Below are positions 43,884-61,337 of a stretch of 64,000 bases of DNA, piece after piece. The translations under genes and the position numbers were made by a program. Origin of the DNA: Eledone cirrhosa (Eukaryota); NCBI GenBank assembly GCA_964016885.1, contig OZ024754.1, positions 45,446,001 to 45,510,000 on the forward strand. The letters run 5' to 3'. Below the pieces are notes generated by a model. The model searched no databases, was not told where the DNA came from, and saw only the letters and a program-made list of their open reading frames with translations. Numbering within the stretch: the first letter of the stretch is position 1; every line of letters starts with the position of its first letter.

Positions 43884-43935
43884 GTACATAGTACATAGTA
43901 CATTTCATACATATATACTATCATTCAAATATTCC

Positions 43936-43969
<34 letters not shown>

Positions 43970-44152
43970 TATAGAGGTACTTCAATCATACATACATACA
44001 TATGTATAGATACATAAGTTAGCAGCTGCTCAAACCTATATGATCACGCTTTTGGCCATGTGCCACATATGAATGAATTTGATGTATAAATAGATATATA
44101 GATATATAGGCGTGTGTGCGTGTTTGCGATTGCGTGGGTGTGTGTTAATGTA

Positions 44153-45897
<1,745 letters not shown>

Positions 45898-46500
45898 GTC
45901 ACCAGTTGGTGCTACTGGTAACATGTATTCCAGTACAACCTGTCCCATGGTCGGGTCGTTGGCGACTAAACTGGCAACCCCACCAAGGTTTCTTGGTGAG
46001 GAGGGTGATTTTGGACATCCTGCAGGACTAAAAACAAAACCTGTCAAAAGGCAAAGGAGCTCTTAAGAGTCAATGGCCATCCAAAATCACCGGGAGAGAT
46101 GACCCCTTAGCCTTTGTCAAGGCAGAATTCTAGGAGAAGGAAAACTCTGATATAACACCTGCAACCCTGATGGTATCCAATGATGTTGACTTGTTCTTCT
46201 TTTTGGTAAATATCATCTTGGTTAAGAGAGTGGGACTGGCTTTGTGCAGTGCCTTTGCTCACTATAAAAGCTTCACGGCACAGGCATTGCTTTATATCTG
46301 GAGATCTCTCTGCATTTGTCGTCACATGGTACCATGGGCCCAGCACTATGTGTCAATAATTGTCACAAGTGTAGTGTTTGTACCAGAGCTTTCAAGTCGC
46401 TGGCTGGACTAAAAAGTCACACTCGTTCAGCGCATCAGTAGGGGTTCTCCTACATGGATATAAAGTAGTGGCCGTACTCGAAAACGAGTTGGCAGCCACC
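45898..46500 (+). mobile_element. Same RTE-derived element, copy 4 (opposite orientation)
   Basis: Reverse complement of copy 1, lacking the first 5 nt; flanked by (TA)n. Confidence 0.8.
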
Positions 46501-46516
46501 ATATACATATATATAC

Positions 46517-46549
<33 letters not shown>

Positions 46550-46619
46550 CATATATATACATATATATATATATACATATATATACATATATATATATAC
46601 ATATATATATATATTTATA

Positions 46620-46672
<53 letters not shown>

Positions 46673-46772
46673 TATATGTATACATGTATATATTATATGT
46701 ATATATATGTGTGTGTATATATATATATTATATGTATATATATGTGTGTGTATATCTATATATTATATGTAC

Positions 46773-46804
<32 letters not shown>

Positions 46805-46992
46805 TCGTGTGCGTGTGCGTGTGCGTGTGTGTGTGTGTGTGAAACCAGAAAAGTAAATACATATATTCTTAAAGAGTCCAGTTGGATTTTCAATTTCTTT
46901 TCCTTGCACACACATACACAATCATATATATATATATAGTGAGAGAGAGAGAGAGGGGGGGTAGATAGATAGATAGATAGATAGATAGATAT

Positions 46993-47358
46993 ATTTCTTT
47001 TATTTGCCACTAGGGCATCAAAAGTGGGACAAGTACAAAGGGGGGAGTTTACACAAAAAGGCGTCCTCAATAAGGAGAAGGCAATAACAAAATATAAAAA
47101 TAAAATAAGATATAACAAAAAATAAAATTTTTAACAAAATCCTCAATAGAGAGGAGGCGCCTTGGGGGGTCGCACACACCCCCGAAAAAAGTGTGCAACC
47201 CTTCTCCTCAGGAGCACAGAGAAGGGGTGCTCCCTTGGTCTTTCATCTTCCTCACCTATAGTCTGATGTAGAGTGAAGGCCCATTCACACGGGCCATTCT
47301 CGCCACTTTCACCCATCTTTCATAGAAACGGCTGGGGTGCAGCACCTCTCTCTCCATC
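46993..47358 (-). mobile_element. Tx1-like LINE, 5'-truncated ~365-bp copy
   Basis: Nearly identical to 39928-40293; GATA repeats at 46962-46992 and ~47365-47396. Confidence 0.93.
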
Positions 47359-47363
47359 TATCC

Positions 47364-47396
<33 letters not shown>

Positions 47397-47829
47397 TTTC
47401 ACAGCGTAAGTAGGAGTATTGGTTAGGATATATTTGCATATTTTCTATATTCCATTTAAAACTCATTTACCCTTCATATTTTTCTACCATATTGTACCTG
47501 CTTTTTAAAAATTATCGGACATTCTCTTTCCCTTCATATTGATGGTCTTGTAGCAAATGTAGAAACTATTATTTGAACTCTTATGAGATCAATGAGATGG
47601 TTAAGACTAGTCTTCTGTACTCTGTCAAATAAGAGACTAAAATTGTTTTCTTGGAGAACCTATATCTTCAATATAAAAAGGATTACCACAGATATATTCT
47701 GCAGAATGTATATCTTCAATAGAAAAAGGATTACCACAATATTTGATCATAGGCGTGTGGAGAAGCTCAGCCTGGTGTTAAATAACCAAAAGAACTTCAT
47801 AAAGTGTATGTTCTATATTTAAAACAACC

Positions 47830-47909
47830 TATAAATATGTCAGTGTATATAAGTGTATATAAATATGTCAGTGTATATAAGTGTATATAAATATGTCAGT
47901 GTATATAAG
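47830..47909. repeat. 28-bp minisatellite, ~3 units
   Basis: TATAAATATGTCAGTGTATATAAGTGTA repeated. Confidence 0.9.
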
Positions 47910-48079
47910 GCTTACTGAAAAATGAATTAAATTTATATTAAATCAGTCGAACTGGGAAAACATAGAATTTGATAGAATAAAAAATAAATACGAGAACGGA
48001 AGAATAATATATTGCAAACTGAAAATAAATCGTATTGTTACAACGTATTCTTCAGAAACGTTGTATTTTCACATCTCCA

Positions 48080-49562
<1,483 letters not shown>

Positions 49563-50869
49563 ACAGTATGTGTGGCTGTGTGTGTGTGTGTTTGTACATA
49601 CATATTTCAGAAACAGGTACTACAATGTATAAAGCATAAACATAACTGTAATAATAATAATAACCATTAGCTTATTATTATTATTATTATTATTATTATG
49701 ACAATAATGTTAATAATACTATCATATAAATCAATGTCCGTGGAACCTGCTGCAGTAAATAAATGGAATTTAAACCCCTTCTATGTTGTTTAAGAAAATA
49801 CCAAAGGAAATATAACGCATTTACTTACACACTATCAGATACACATAACTAGACATGCATCTAATCTCTTATATACACAATACACATATAGGAGAGCATG
49901 CACTCACACACACATGCTCACACACACAGACACACAGATGCACACATACATACGTAAGCGGTTAAGGAAGATAGAAATACCAGCTACTGTCATACAAGAA
50001 AAAAAGTATTTATATAATGAAACAATAAATGAAATAAATGTATCACTTTCGCTCTCTCTCTCTCACTCTCTCTCTATCTTTCTATCTCTCCATCTCTCTC
50101 TCTCTCTCTAGCTCTGTATGTATCTCTCTATCTCTCACTCACTCTCTCTCTCTCTCTCTCTCTCTCTGTCACACTCTCAGTATCTCTCTCTCTCTATCTA
50201 TCTATTTGTCTATCTCTCTCTCTATCTCTATCTCTCTCTATCTTTCTATCTGTCTCTCTATCTCTCTCCCTATCTATCTATCTTTCTCTCTCTCTCTCCC
50301 CCCCCTTCTCTCTATCTTACTATTCTCTCACTCTGGGGTTTTCTTTCTCAATTTTCCTCTCCCGTCTATGCTATCATCTACGCTAGAATGCATTTTTCTT
50401 AAAACTCGTACTTGTACGTCTCTTTCTGTTCTCATTGTTTATTTTTGTCTGTTTGGTGTTTCCGTATATATTCCTGGTTTAGTGGAATTGCTACCGATTA
50501 CGTTATTACACAGATAACATTCGGAAATTGTGTAAATTTCGCTCAATATGAATTAAATTTTGGAGTCATTGAGACAATACATGACTGGTAACGAGAATCT
50601 CAAAATGTCGACTTTGGCCACTTATCAAAACTTACATCCTCTTCTTCTTCCATTCCTACTTCCTATTCTTCAATCAATTTTATTGGCTTGTTTGTACTGT
50701 CTAATAATATTTGCTGTTGTTATTGCTGTTGTTGTTGTTGGTGGTAGTTTTTATACTCGATGTAAAAGCTGGACAGATTCTGAGTTTAGTAGGCTGCAGG
50801 TGATAAGGAGGTAATATGTTTCACCTATTTCCGATCATATTAACCATCATCATTATTCTGTTCTGCACT

Positions 50870-51266
50870 AACCATCATTATCATCATCATCATCATCATT
50901 ATCATCGTCATCATCATCATCATCAAAAACATCAACATCATCACCATCGTCGTCATCATCATCGTCATCGTTATCATCACCATCGTCATCACCATCTTCA
51001 TCAACAACATCATCATTATTTACTTCTTTTATATCATCAAGAACATCATCGTCATCATCATCATAATCATCAGCATTATCTTATTCTTCATCAAGGCCAT
51101 GATCATCGTCATCATTATCATCATCTTAACCATCACCATCCCTATGAATATCTTCATCAATAATGTCGACAGCCACATTTCAATCATAATTCTCCCCTCC
51201 ATCAGCATACCACTGTCCATATTGTTGTTGTTGTCATTATTATTGTTATTATTATTATTGTTGTTG

Positions 51267-51298
<32 letters not shown>

Positions 51299-51390
51299 GG
51301 TGGTGATATTATTATTATTATCATCATCCACATTATATATATCGTCATGAGCATCATCCATTATAATCATCATCATCATTGTCATAAGGT
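50870..51390. repeat. Degenerate (CAT)n/(TTG)n/(TGG)n trinucleotide region
   Basis: Direct reading; explains the His-rich and Met-rich ORFs. Confidence 0.9.
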
Positions 51391-52490
51391 GATCATGGTG
51401 TAATTTTTTTCTCCATTTCCAACCGACATTTTTTATTTCTATTTCTTTCTAGAGAGCTTTATTTCTCTATTTGTAATTCCGAACTAAATTGGCGTTTATA
51501 ATCTTTAACCAGTTCCAGGCGAAAGCATGGCTGGGAAGAATACTATTACGAGATATACGAGTGTCGGAAGTGAAGTTAACCATGCGAGTAATAGTACAAT
51601 TTGTGGCCATTTCTACTTGCAAATAACTCCAACACTTTTAATACCATTATCGATGGATATTATCAGAAATTACCTTAACTATTCAGAAAATAGAGTCAAT
51701 ATCGACTCGACATTTATATATGCATATGTTTATGTAATTATGTCAGTATGTGTGTATGTGTCCATGCGTATGTCTACATGTGTATGTTTATGTGAATATA
51801 TGATGAATGTAAAGACTATGTGAGTACATGTGCATGTCTAAGTGCAGATGAATTGGCAGGAGCACAATGAAATATATGAAGAAACGTGTATATTATGATA
51901 TATAGTGTGATGCGTATATAACTACAAGATATATATATTCATATTCACGCCAATAAGGACTGCAATATTAAACGTATTTCCTACCATTTCTTACAATTCA
52001 TTGTATATATATAGAGAGAGAGATATATATCTATGATACATATACATAGATTCATATATGTATAAACACATATATGTATACACACACATATACATATATA
52101 CACACACACATATATATATATATACACACACACATATATATATACACACACACACACATATATATATATATACAAACACACACACACATATATATATATG
52201 CATATACATATAAATAGATATACTTATACATATTAATATATATGTGCGTGTGTGTTTATACGCACTCTCACATGCACACACATCAGTGTAGATGTTCTCA
52301 TGCTACTATATGGATTTGATGCATTTCTGATTCAATATATGTATGGTAATCAAGATTTCGACTGATAAACCAATATATATATATCTATATATATATATTT
52401 CTGTATATATACATACAGATATAAACATATATACATATATATGTGTATATATATATATTTCTTTCTTTATATATTTGCACACACAAACTA

Positions 52491-52570
<80 letters not shown>

Positions 52571-54454
52571 ATATATATATATATGTTTGTGTGTGTGTAC
52601 GTGTGTGTGTGTCCCAGAATGCATTGTATTTACACATATGAATTCATGACCTCTCGTATAACATTGAATGACGTCATGATTAGTGTGAATTTCAAGCTTC
52701 ACTAGCGTATTCTTTATGCATTTGTGTTCATATTAAATGGAAGTGACTTGCACTTCATCTGTGTATATTTTTCATACTTATACTGTTACATGCATGTTTA
52801 TATAGCCCGGCACACACATGTAATTGTAAGTTATTCCTGTTCTGAGCTTCAGATTAGATTTTACCAGGCTGCTTTTTTGATTGCAAGCTTCACATGAAAA
52901 AATATCTATGAAAAAATTCACTAATTCACATTCTGTGTTATATTATATTATATATTATAATATTATGCTCTGTACAAGCGCTCACCCATTAAATCTGAAT
53001 ACGTTTTTTTCAAATGTTATTATTCTAGATAGGCTTATACTCTGTAACATAAGACTTTGTGAGGTTAATTCTGTCTCAATTACCCATATTTTAATCTAAC
53101 AATTATGTTACATATTCTGTCGTAAATATATGTTATACGACTAACAAAGATGTTTAATGTACAAGAATTGAAAATTACTCTTTCAAGTACTCTAGACTAT
53201 TTTTATCCTACAAATAATTCGACTCTACGAGGTTGAAACTCTGCTATTCCGAGAAAAATATAAGTAAGAAAAATAATCTCTAAAGAAATATTCTACTAAA
53301 ACACGAATGAATCATCGTGTTTGGGGAATGAATATCACTATACGCACACTGATTGAACAAATGATATCACAGTATATACACCCTATGTATCAGACTTTTA
53401 TTGTAGAAGTCGAAAATAAGAAGAAACACACGTTTAAATACAGAACTGATAAAGCATGATAAGAATTTTATTTAAAACACAGAAAGGCACAGACGACACG
53501 TTTACTTAACAGCCGTAGGTTTCGTTTTAAATAAAAGTCTTCTTTGTCATGTTTATTCATTTGTAGGAGAGTATTTATTCGACATTCTCATGTTTGTAGT
53601 GTTTATTCTTATTCCTTCTTATATTGGTTTGTTATATTTATATTTTTCTATTGGTATTTTCTCACAGTCCATTCATGGCTGTTAATACGATTCACTGTAT
53701 ACGATTTCTGTTCTAAGCCAGCACAGTAACATAACGAAAACTGCCATATCAACAATTTCGGCGACAACCATTTTTTATAGAGAGATACATTGACAATAAT
53801 CTCAATGACAAATGTAACCCATACATTGAGATTTTCAGAAATGAATCTTCGTGGCAGCCATTACGTAGTCGCTTAGTATACTATAAATAGAAGTAAATTT
53901 ATCCTCGAATCATATTGTACTGCATAATAAAGACACGTTTGGTATCGTTATACTAGGTTATAGGAACATACGAAAAGAAGAGGAGAGTTTGGGATGAAAT
54001 GTGTTTTATCTATGGTCATTTCGATATGACTAGTCCCAAGAACGTTACGACCAATACTACTGGAATGAGGTCATTCGCATAAGCTTGTTTCAATAAATCT
54101 TTGAGCGAAGTGAGGTGTTTTTGTGTTAACGTTTTGCCTCAACAAAAGTTAAGCTTAGAATGTCTGCAGAATCCGTCGTAGACCCCGATAATAACTTCTA
54201 TTAGATTCGGAAAACATTCATTTCTTTGTGTATGTAGTATTTTCTCTTCGACATGTCCAATTTACTTGATAGATCGTCCATTTATGCTACCTATGTTGTC
54301 CGTTTAGCCAGTCAGCTTGAGCAGTCAACCGGGTGTGTCTGGAAATATTCCGGGGACAGAACTAAGAGTCTGATGTAACTACCATATATATTCAGCTCTA
54401 AGGACGCCGCTGCCAGAGATCAAATTGTATTTCTGTCTGAACGCCCCAATTTTT

Positions 54455-55105
54455 AAATAATTATTTCTATGTTAGGCAAAAGGTCAGCAATTTCGGGGAA
54501 GGGGGAAGTCGATTAAATCGACCCCAGCGCATTGCTGATGTTCTATTTTATCGACTCTATCGGATGAAAGACAAAGCTAACCTCACCGTAATTTGAGCAT
54601 CGAATTAAAGGGCCATAGCTCTATGCTGCAAACCTTGGTGTCTGATGCTTTACCAATACTACCAATCCACTGCTCCTATATTAAAATAATTGTTTCTACT
54701 TTTTGGCACAAGGCCAGCAATTATCCCAGTGTATTACTGGTACTTTATTTTATCGACCCCGTAAGGATGAAAGGCAAAGTTAAACTCGGCGGGATTTGAA
54801 CTCAGAATGGCAGGGCCGTAACTATGTGACAAAGCATGGCGTCCGACCCTCTACCGATACTGCCAATCCACCAATATATTATCCACCCTATATTAAAATA
54901 ATTGTTTCTACTTTAGGCACAAGGCCAGCAATTACTCAGTGCATTACTGGTACTTTTATTTTATCGACCCCGTAAGGATGAAAGGCAAAGTCAACCTCGG
55001 CGGTATTTGAACTCAGATCGTAAAGGGACGTAACTATGCTGGAAAGCATGGCGTCCGACCCTCTACCGATACAGCAAATCCACCACCCTATATTAAAATA
55101 ATGTT
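54455..55105 (-). mobile_element. Head-to-tail array of three SINE copies
   Basis: Three ~200-bp units carrying the core; the junction CTATATTAAAATAAT recurs at ~54677, ~54888 and ~55089. Confidence 0.85.
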
Positions 55106-55655
55106 TCTTTAAATGGTGAATAACGGTACATCACGTACTATAATGACGTAACTTCACTCTATTGTGAAAACTAATTTTCGCATTACATGTAGAATATCAC
55201 TAAATGTTAACTGAGAGCCCGCCTGGCCTAACATTTCCAGCACTCCGTCATGCGATTGCGTTGTTATGCTTATCAAGTCTATCAACAACAAAAAAAACAA
55301 ACAAGAAAAAAATAGTGATAGCAAAGCTTCTATCATCAACAACAAAAATATCCAATGACTGCACTGATTCTCCTTTGAAAGCTCTCCTATCCAGTATTCC
55401 TTGACTGAGAGTATACCCGCTACAAGCAAGAATATATATAACAACACAACAACAGCATTATAGAGAACAGGGAGGAAAATGTAGGAAACAAAACACGGTC
55501 TACAATAATGGAACCTTTTAGTATTTTGTCAAATCTGTCCAAGTAATATATATATATATATATAATTATTATTATTATTATTATTATCATTAACGTGTGT
55601 GTGTTACCTTCTATGTTTGTATATGTGTCCGCGTGTACCTCATCTCTCTCTCTTC

Positions 55656-55702
<47 letters not shown>

Positions 55703-57051
55703 ATGTGTGTGTGTGTACGCATGTGTATGTGTGTGTATATTCACATATATTTTACATATTATTTGAAATAATATTTTGTTCTATTTTTGAGTTTTGCTTT
55801 CATCCATTCCGCAATACGGTAACCATTTTGGAGAGTTTTGCGTTCAACCCATTTTAGCAATTGAATCAAACAAATATATAAGATATATCTTTACAATGTG
55901 TGCTTTAGCAGAATATTAGAGTCTTACTAGTGAATAGTAGAATTGTAGAACGGATCTTTTACATAATTAAGGGTCAGCAGTATATGCGAAAAGATATGTA
56001 ATATTGTAATTGTACCTAACAAAATACAAAAGTATAAAACAGTCTTCATAGTAAATACAAAGTATCGATATATTGGAAGAGAGAGAAAGAGGGATAGAAA
56101 TAGAGGCTAAATAGATAAAGAATAAAATAGATAAAGAATAAAATAAAATGAATCTAGTGCTGCACTAGTAAAGTCTCAAACAATGATCTGATGAACAGCG
56201 ATTGGCGGCTGGAAACAATAGAAGCAGCAAATACGGATGGATCAAAGCAGAATCACCAAATATGAACATCCGCATATTTTCATATACAAAATAGTCTCAT
56301 CTCTTTTCTCTCTCTCATTCTCTCTCTCTCTCTCTCTAAACACAGTCTGCTCTTTTTCTCTCTCTCACTCTCTAACTCTCTCACTTTCTCTAATTCTCTC
56401 TCTTTCTCTCTCTCTCTCTCTATATATATATATAGATAGATATAGATATAGATATATAGATATATCGCTGACTATCTGTGGGTGTGGGGTGTGGGTGTGG
56501 GGTGTGTGTGTGTGGGTGTGTATGTTTGTGTGTATGTGTGTGTGTGTGTAGATATTTAAATACGTAAAACGTGCATGTACATTGATATCTTTGCCGATAT
56601 GTGTGCATGTGTAAGTGCATGAGTTTACAATGTTAGATAAGAAACTTCGCTCAGCTAGTTTTTGTATATTTATGTATGCATGTATGTTTTTCTTTGTTTA
56701 GTCTTTTTCTGGAAGGTACAGCAATGAGTAACCAGCGGAAATGCAGTCATTCATTAGAGGGAACCAAATCACATGGTTTAGGATTTAAGTAAAGTGACAA
56801 GCCGCCGCTAACAGATATCGATCCAGCATAATCAATGTTTGTAGATGCGTAGCAGCACGCCTTTTTATTTAGTGGTGCAATAGGAATTTTGCCGTCGCTA
56901 TTGATGCGTTCCATATCAATACGAATGTATGCAAGTGCACGAATTCTGTTGTTACGAGTCACACATACACACAAGCAGGCACACTCACATACACACAGGA
57001 AGGCATGTTCACATTCAGACACACATACATACACACACAAGCAGGCCCATT

Positions 57052-57092
<41 letters not shown>

Positions 57093-57266
57093 ACACAAAG
57101 CTGTGCAGATGTACACCCATCGACACACACACATATATAAGTATACAGTAAGGGGGAAAGGGAGAGAGTTGAGTGAGAGAAAGATGCGTGAGAGGAGCAT
57201 TGTACAAATTTACGTAAACCATATATATATATATATATAAATATAAATATATATATAAATATATAT

Positions 57267-57299
<33 letters not shown>

Positions 57300-57638
57300 T
57301 ATATGCATATATATATATATGCATATATATATACATAATTATATATACAGATATATATATATTTGTTTATGTATTTACTTATATACATACATATATATAA
57401 TTATATATATAGATATATATTTGTGTGTGCGTATCTGCACACGTGCGCGTGTCTTCTAATATAAAGATATGTTTTGATTGCGCACCATGTGTAGATTCAT
57501 ACGCGTGAAAATGTACTTACATGATTGTATAGTTTGTTTGAAATTTACATTAAATGTATTGTGCATGCATACAAATGCCGTTTGTACAAGTATTATGTAT
57601 CTCATTTCATGTATACACAGTCATTCATCCTCCGTTCA

Positions 57639-57671
<33 letters not shown>

Positions 57672-57752
57672 GCATATGTATGTGTATATATATATATATA
57701 TGCATAAACATGGATATATATAATATCTATAATACGTATACATGTTTATATG

Positions 57753-57793
<41 letters not shown>

Positions 57794-58830
57794 GTTTATA
57801 CTTATATATATATATTTTCATTCTTGTATATGTGTATAGGATTGCATCTGTGTGTGTGCGTGTATGCTTGTGTGTACAATTTCTCCCGAGTAATGCAAGC
57901 GTTTTTAATTCCCTTTCTATGAAGGAGGCCAAAAAAGCCTTTTACAAAATGTCTTGTTCCTCTCTACTATAAACGAATTTGCGTCACTTCATGACATGTA
58001 AATCTCGGCCTAAATCAATGCTTATAGAATGCTAGCTTGCATTTACTTACAAGTATCGAAAGGTCTCCATTGTTTAGAAAAAAACCTTTGTTAAATACTA
58101 CTGAGATGTTGATTTCCAGTCAATCTTTTATAATCTAGATCTGTTCTTTACTCCAAATTTACAAGCTGTCCACTCTAGTTATTTGGGGCTTTCAGCATTA
58201 CGATTTGCTGCCTTCCATGCTGTTCTGCACGATGAATGCTGAAATATTCTCAAGCCTATTTTGAAACGAAGACACATATTATGCTGTATAGAAAAAGCGA
58301 TAATATTCAACTCAAAATTAAGCATACGACAGATCCCTCTTAATCTCTGAACTAGCACACAAATAGACCATACACATTCTCATATCAAAGGAGAGATAAG
58401 TGTTCATGCATTGCAAAGAATAAAACTAATGACAGATGTATAATCAAATATATATAGTTAATAGTAGAAATACATGATTATTTATATTTTTTTAGATTTG
58501 GCTATAAAGGTGGTTTTTAAAAGAAAATTCAAAAGATTTTGCGTCAAATGCACTATGAAGTCTTCAGGTCTAATACCTATAGATGTATATTGGAAAAAAT
58601 GGATAACATGCTATTCAAATCATGGTAAATAGAAACCAATATTATTTTGGCTTCGGCGGCGTTTTAACATAGTTATTTATTTCCGTTAATACTTTCTTTA
58701 ATATTTTTGTATCTATACAAATCCATTGGCATGGTTGCAAGTGTTGCTTTCAAAGCTATATATTTATATATATATATATATATGTATATATAGATGTGAG
58801 AAAAACTACAGACCCTCCATCTCAACTCTA

Positions 58831-58866
58831 CTTTTGAAAAGCAGAAGAACTGCGAAACCGGTAAAG
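58831..58866 (+). ncRNA. Candidate minimal hammerhead with a U3-A8 core variant
   Basis: CTT-TTGAAAA-GCAG aagaa CTGC-GAAA-CCGG-TA-AAG, with AATAAA a few nt downstream. Confidence 0.5.
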
Positions 58867-59010
58867 GAACCAAATAAATATATATACATATATATATATA
58901 AATAAAATATACTTACGTATACACACACACACATACTCATATACACATATACATAAACACGCACACACACACATATATATACATATACATATATATAGAG
59001 AGTGAGAGGG

Positions 59011-59150
59011 GGGTACTTTTCATTTGGCAAATGCAGAATATGGCCAGGGAGACGGCACCGACGCACCGTAACCACTCTCTGTAGCGTCCACGACTCGGCT
59101 CTCCGCAGGATCTCCTCGTTTCGCACTCGGTCGCGCCAGGACACACGAAC
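59011..59150 (-). pseudogene. RTE LINE C-terminal fragment
   Basis: SWRDRVRNEEILRRA...RRCRLPGHILHLP. Confidence 0.75.
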
Positions 59151-59525
59151 GATGTGTATGTATGTATGTATGTATATATATAAATCGGAATAGAACTACT
59201 ACAAAATTTATAGTTTATATACAATTCATATAATCTAATTCTTCAATCAGTCCATGTTCAAAGTGAAGGAGTATTCTGAATTTTCCTCTAGCATTAGTAT
59301 TACAGATGACTTGACACTAACTTTATAAAACATACATACCCTTACGTGTATAGTTTCACCCGAGATGATCTATAGCCATTGTATATAAATATGTATTTAG
59401 TTATAAATACATGTATGTAGTAACATTGGTGCGTTTACATATTTATATACTAAAAACATAATTTATGCAGGCTCGGTAATTTCTATCGTCGACATATTCA
59501 GATCAAATGTTCTCATATATATAAG

Positions 59526-59563
<38 letters not shown>

Positions 59564-59652
59564 ATATATATGTGTGTGTGAGTGTGTGTGTGTGTGTGTG
59601 CGTGCGTGTGTGTATGTATGTATGTATATATATATGTATATATATATATGTA

Positions 59653-59707
59653 TACTCTTTTACTCTTTTACCTATTTCAGCCATCCGGCTGAGGCCATGC
59701 TGGGGCA
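59653..59707 (-). mobile_element. 3' tail of the second SINE family
   Basis: Reverse complement of 743-797 with one substitution. Confidence 0.7.
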
Positions 59708-59738
59708 TATATATATGTATGTATATATAATGTATATA

Positions 59739-59790
<52 letters not shown>

Positions 59791-60409
59791 GATGGGTGTG
59801 TATATATATATATATACTTGTGTGTGCCTGTGGTTATGATAAACCTTTAAAATTTTATAATTTCAGTTCTATATACAGTTCATCTTTACAGAGAAGTTAG
59901 TTGCTTGACAAATCTATTTTATAATCATTTTTCAGAATATTTATTATAATTGTTCATCAATTTCTTTTAAAATATATGTAAATTACATTCAAATTTATGT
60001 GGATTCGCAATGACTAATTTGTATTCAACTAAATCTCGTGTAATAGATGATGTTATGTCGAAGATAACTAATGGTATCGCGGCTGTAAGAAAAATATTGT
60101 ACCCATCTCATTTCTAGGACTTCATTATCACATCACCCTATTTATGTTTAATGGCAGTATACATGGTGTACGGTATCAGTCTCAAGAAAGAATCTCTATA
60201 CAAACGTAGGTATATAGCTATCTATCTAAATAAATAGGTACATAGATGGATTGATTGAGGGATGTATATATATATATATATATATAAGGTGGAACAATAT
60301 TGTTCTCCTCGGTATGGTGAACTAAGTGTTGTGTTACTACTCCTACCAAACTCGTCCCATGGACAGAGTGCTCTACTACTACAGATATTACCTTTCAGTA
60401 TTCTACCTT

Positions 60410-60440
<31 letters not shown>

Positions 60441-60441
60441 A

Positions 60442-60496
60442 ATGGCTTCTAAAGGGCTAGAACTGTTTCATTCGACAAAAATCATCAGGAAGCTAT
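60442..60496 (-). ncRNA. Hammerhead motif (family B)
   Basis: Minus strand: ATAGCTTC-CTGATGA-TTTTTGTCGAAT-GAAACAGTTCTAGCCCT-TTA-GAAGCCAT; homologous to 25720-25772, with a G16.2>U change. Confidence 0.7.
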
Positions 60497-60517
60497 GTAT
60501 TGAAAACCCGGGATAAA

Positions 60518-60605
<88 letters not shown>

Positions 60606-60748
60606 GAGTATATGCTGGTTGTATACCAACAACTCAGTATGCAGGCTGGAGCACTCGACGAAGTGCGCAGGTTGATTTGGTTACTCCGGAGCAATGTCAA
60701 ATAAAGTAAAATAAAAAGTAAAATGTTTAAAATTTAGCTTCGTTTATT

Positions 60749-60803
60749 ACTGCTATATATATTTCGGTGACAGCCATCTTTGGCTGTGACCTCTTCAGGC
60801 AGT
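60749..60803 (-). ncRNA. Type I minimal hammerhead ribozyme (family A), mirror copy
   Basis: Exact reverse complement of 61034-61088. Confidence 0.85.
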
Positions 60804-61033
60804 CCGAATTGGTGTGGTATAGACAAGTACATATGTTGTTGAGGTGTATAATTTTGTCAATACTCTAATATGCCCAGTTACTGGTTGGGTTGTTATTTCA
60901 CTGAGGAACTGGAATTATATAATTCCAGTTCCTCAGTGAAGTAACAACCCAACCAGTAACTGGGCATATCAGAGTATTGACAAAATTATACACCTCAACA
61001 ACATATGTACTTGTCTATACCACACCAATTCGG

Positions 61034-61088
61034 ACTGCCTGAAGAGGTCACAGCCAAAGATGGCTGTCACCGAAATATATATAGCAGT
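61034..61088 (+). ncRNA. Type I minimal hammerhead ribozyme (family A)
   Basis: ACTGC-CTGAAGA-GGTcACAGCCA aaga TGGCTGTcACC-GAAA-TATATA-TA-GCAGT: stem I ACTGC/GCAGT, intact core, palindromic stem III, AUA triplet, AATAAA right after. Confidence 0.85.
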
Positions 61089-61134
61089 AATAAACGAAGC
61101 TAAATTTTAAACATTTTACTTTTTATTTTACTTT

Positions 61135-61195
<61 letters not shown>

Positions 61196-61337
61196 GTGTG
61201 TATGATTGTGTATAGAAGATTATATTAATAAAAGGAATTCCAACTTTGTCTGATTTACTCGTTTTATTTTCAATCATTTAAAATGTATAATTGTATTAGA
61301 ATGAAATAGTATGGTAGAATATTAAATGTTAAGTATT

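Larger units (their letters stand above)
60699..61138. repeat. 440-bp near-perfect palindrome (two 220-bp arms, no spacer)
   Basis: Axis between 60918 and 60919 (GGAATTAT|ATAATTCC); I counted two mismatches between the arms. Confidence 0.95.

Noticed and set aside
50816-51385. His-rich and Met/Asn-rich ORFs
   Set aside because: Products of degenerate CAT/TTG trinucleotide repeats; no domain or splice support.
56183-56228. CTGATGAACAGC...GCTGGAAAC
   Set aside because: Stem II is present but there is no U16.1/NUH and no stem I.
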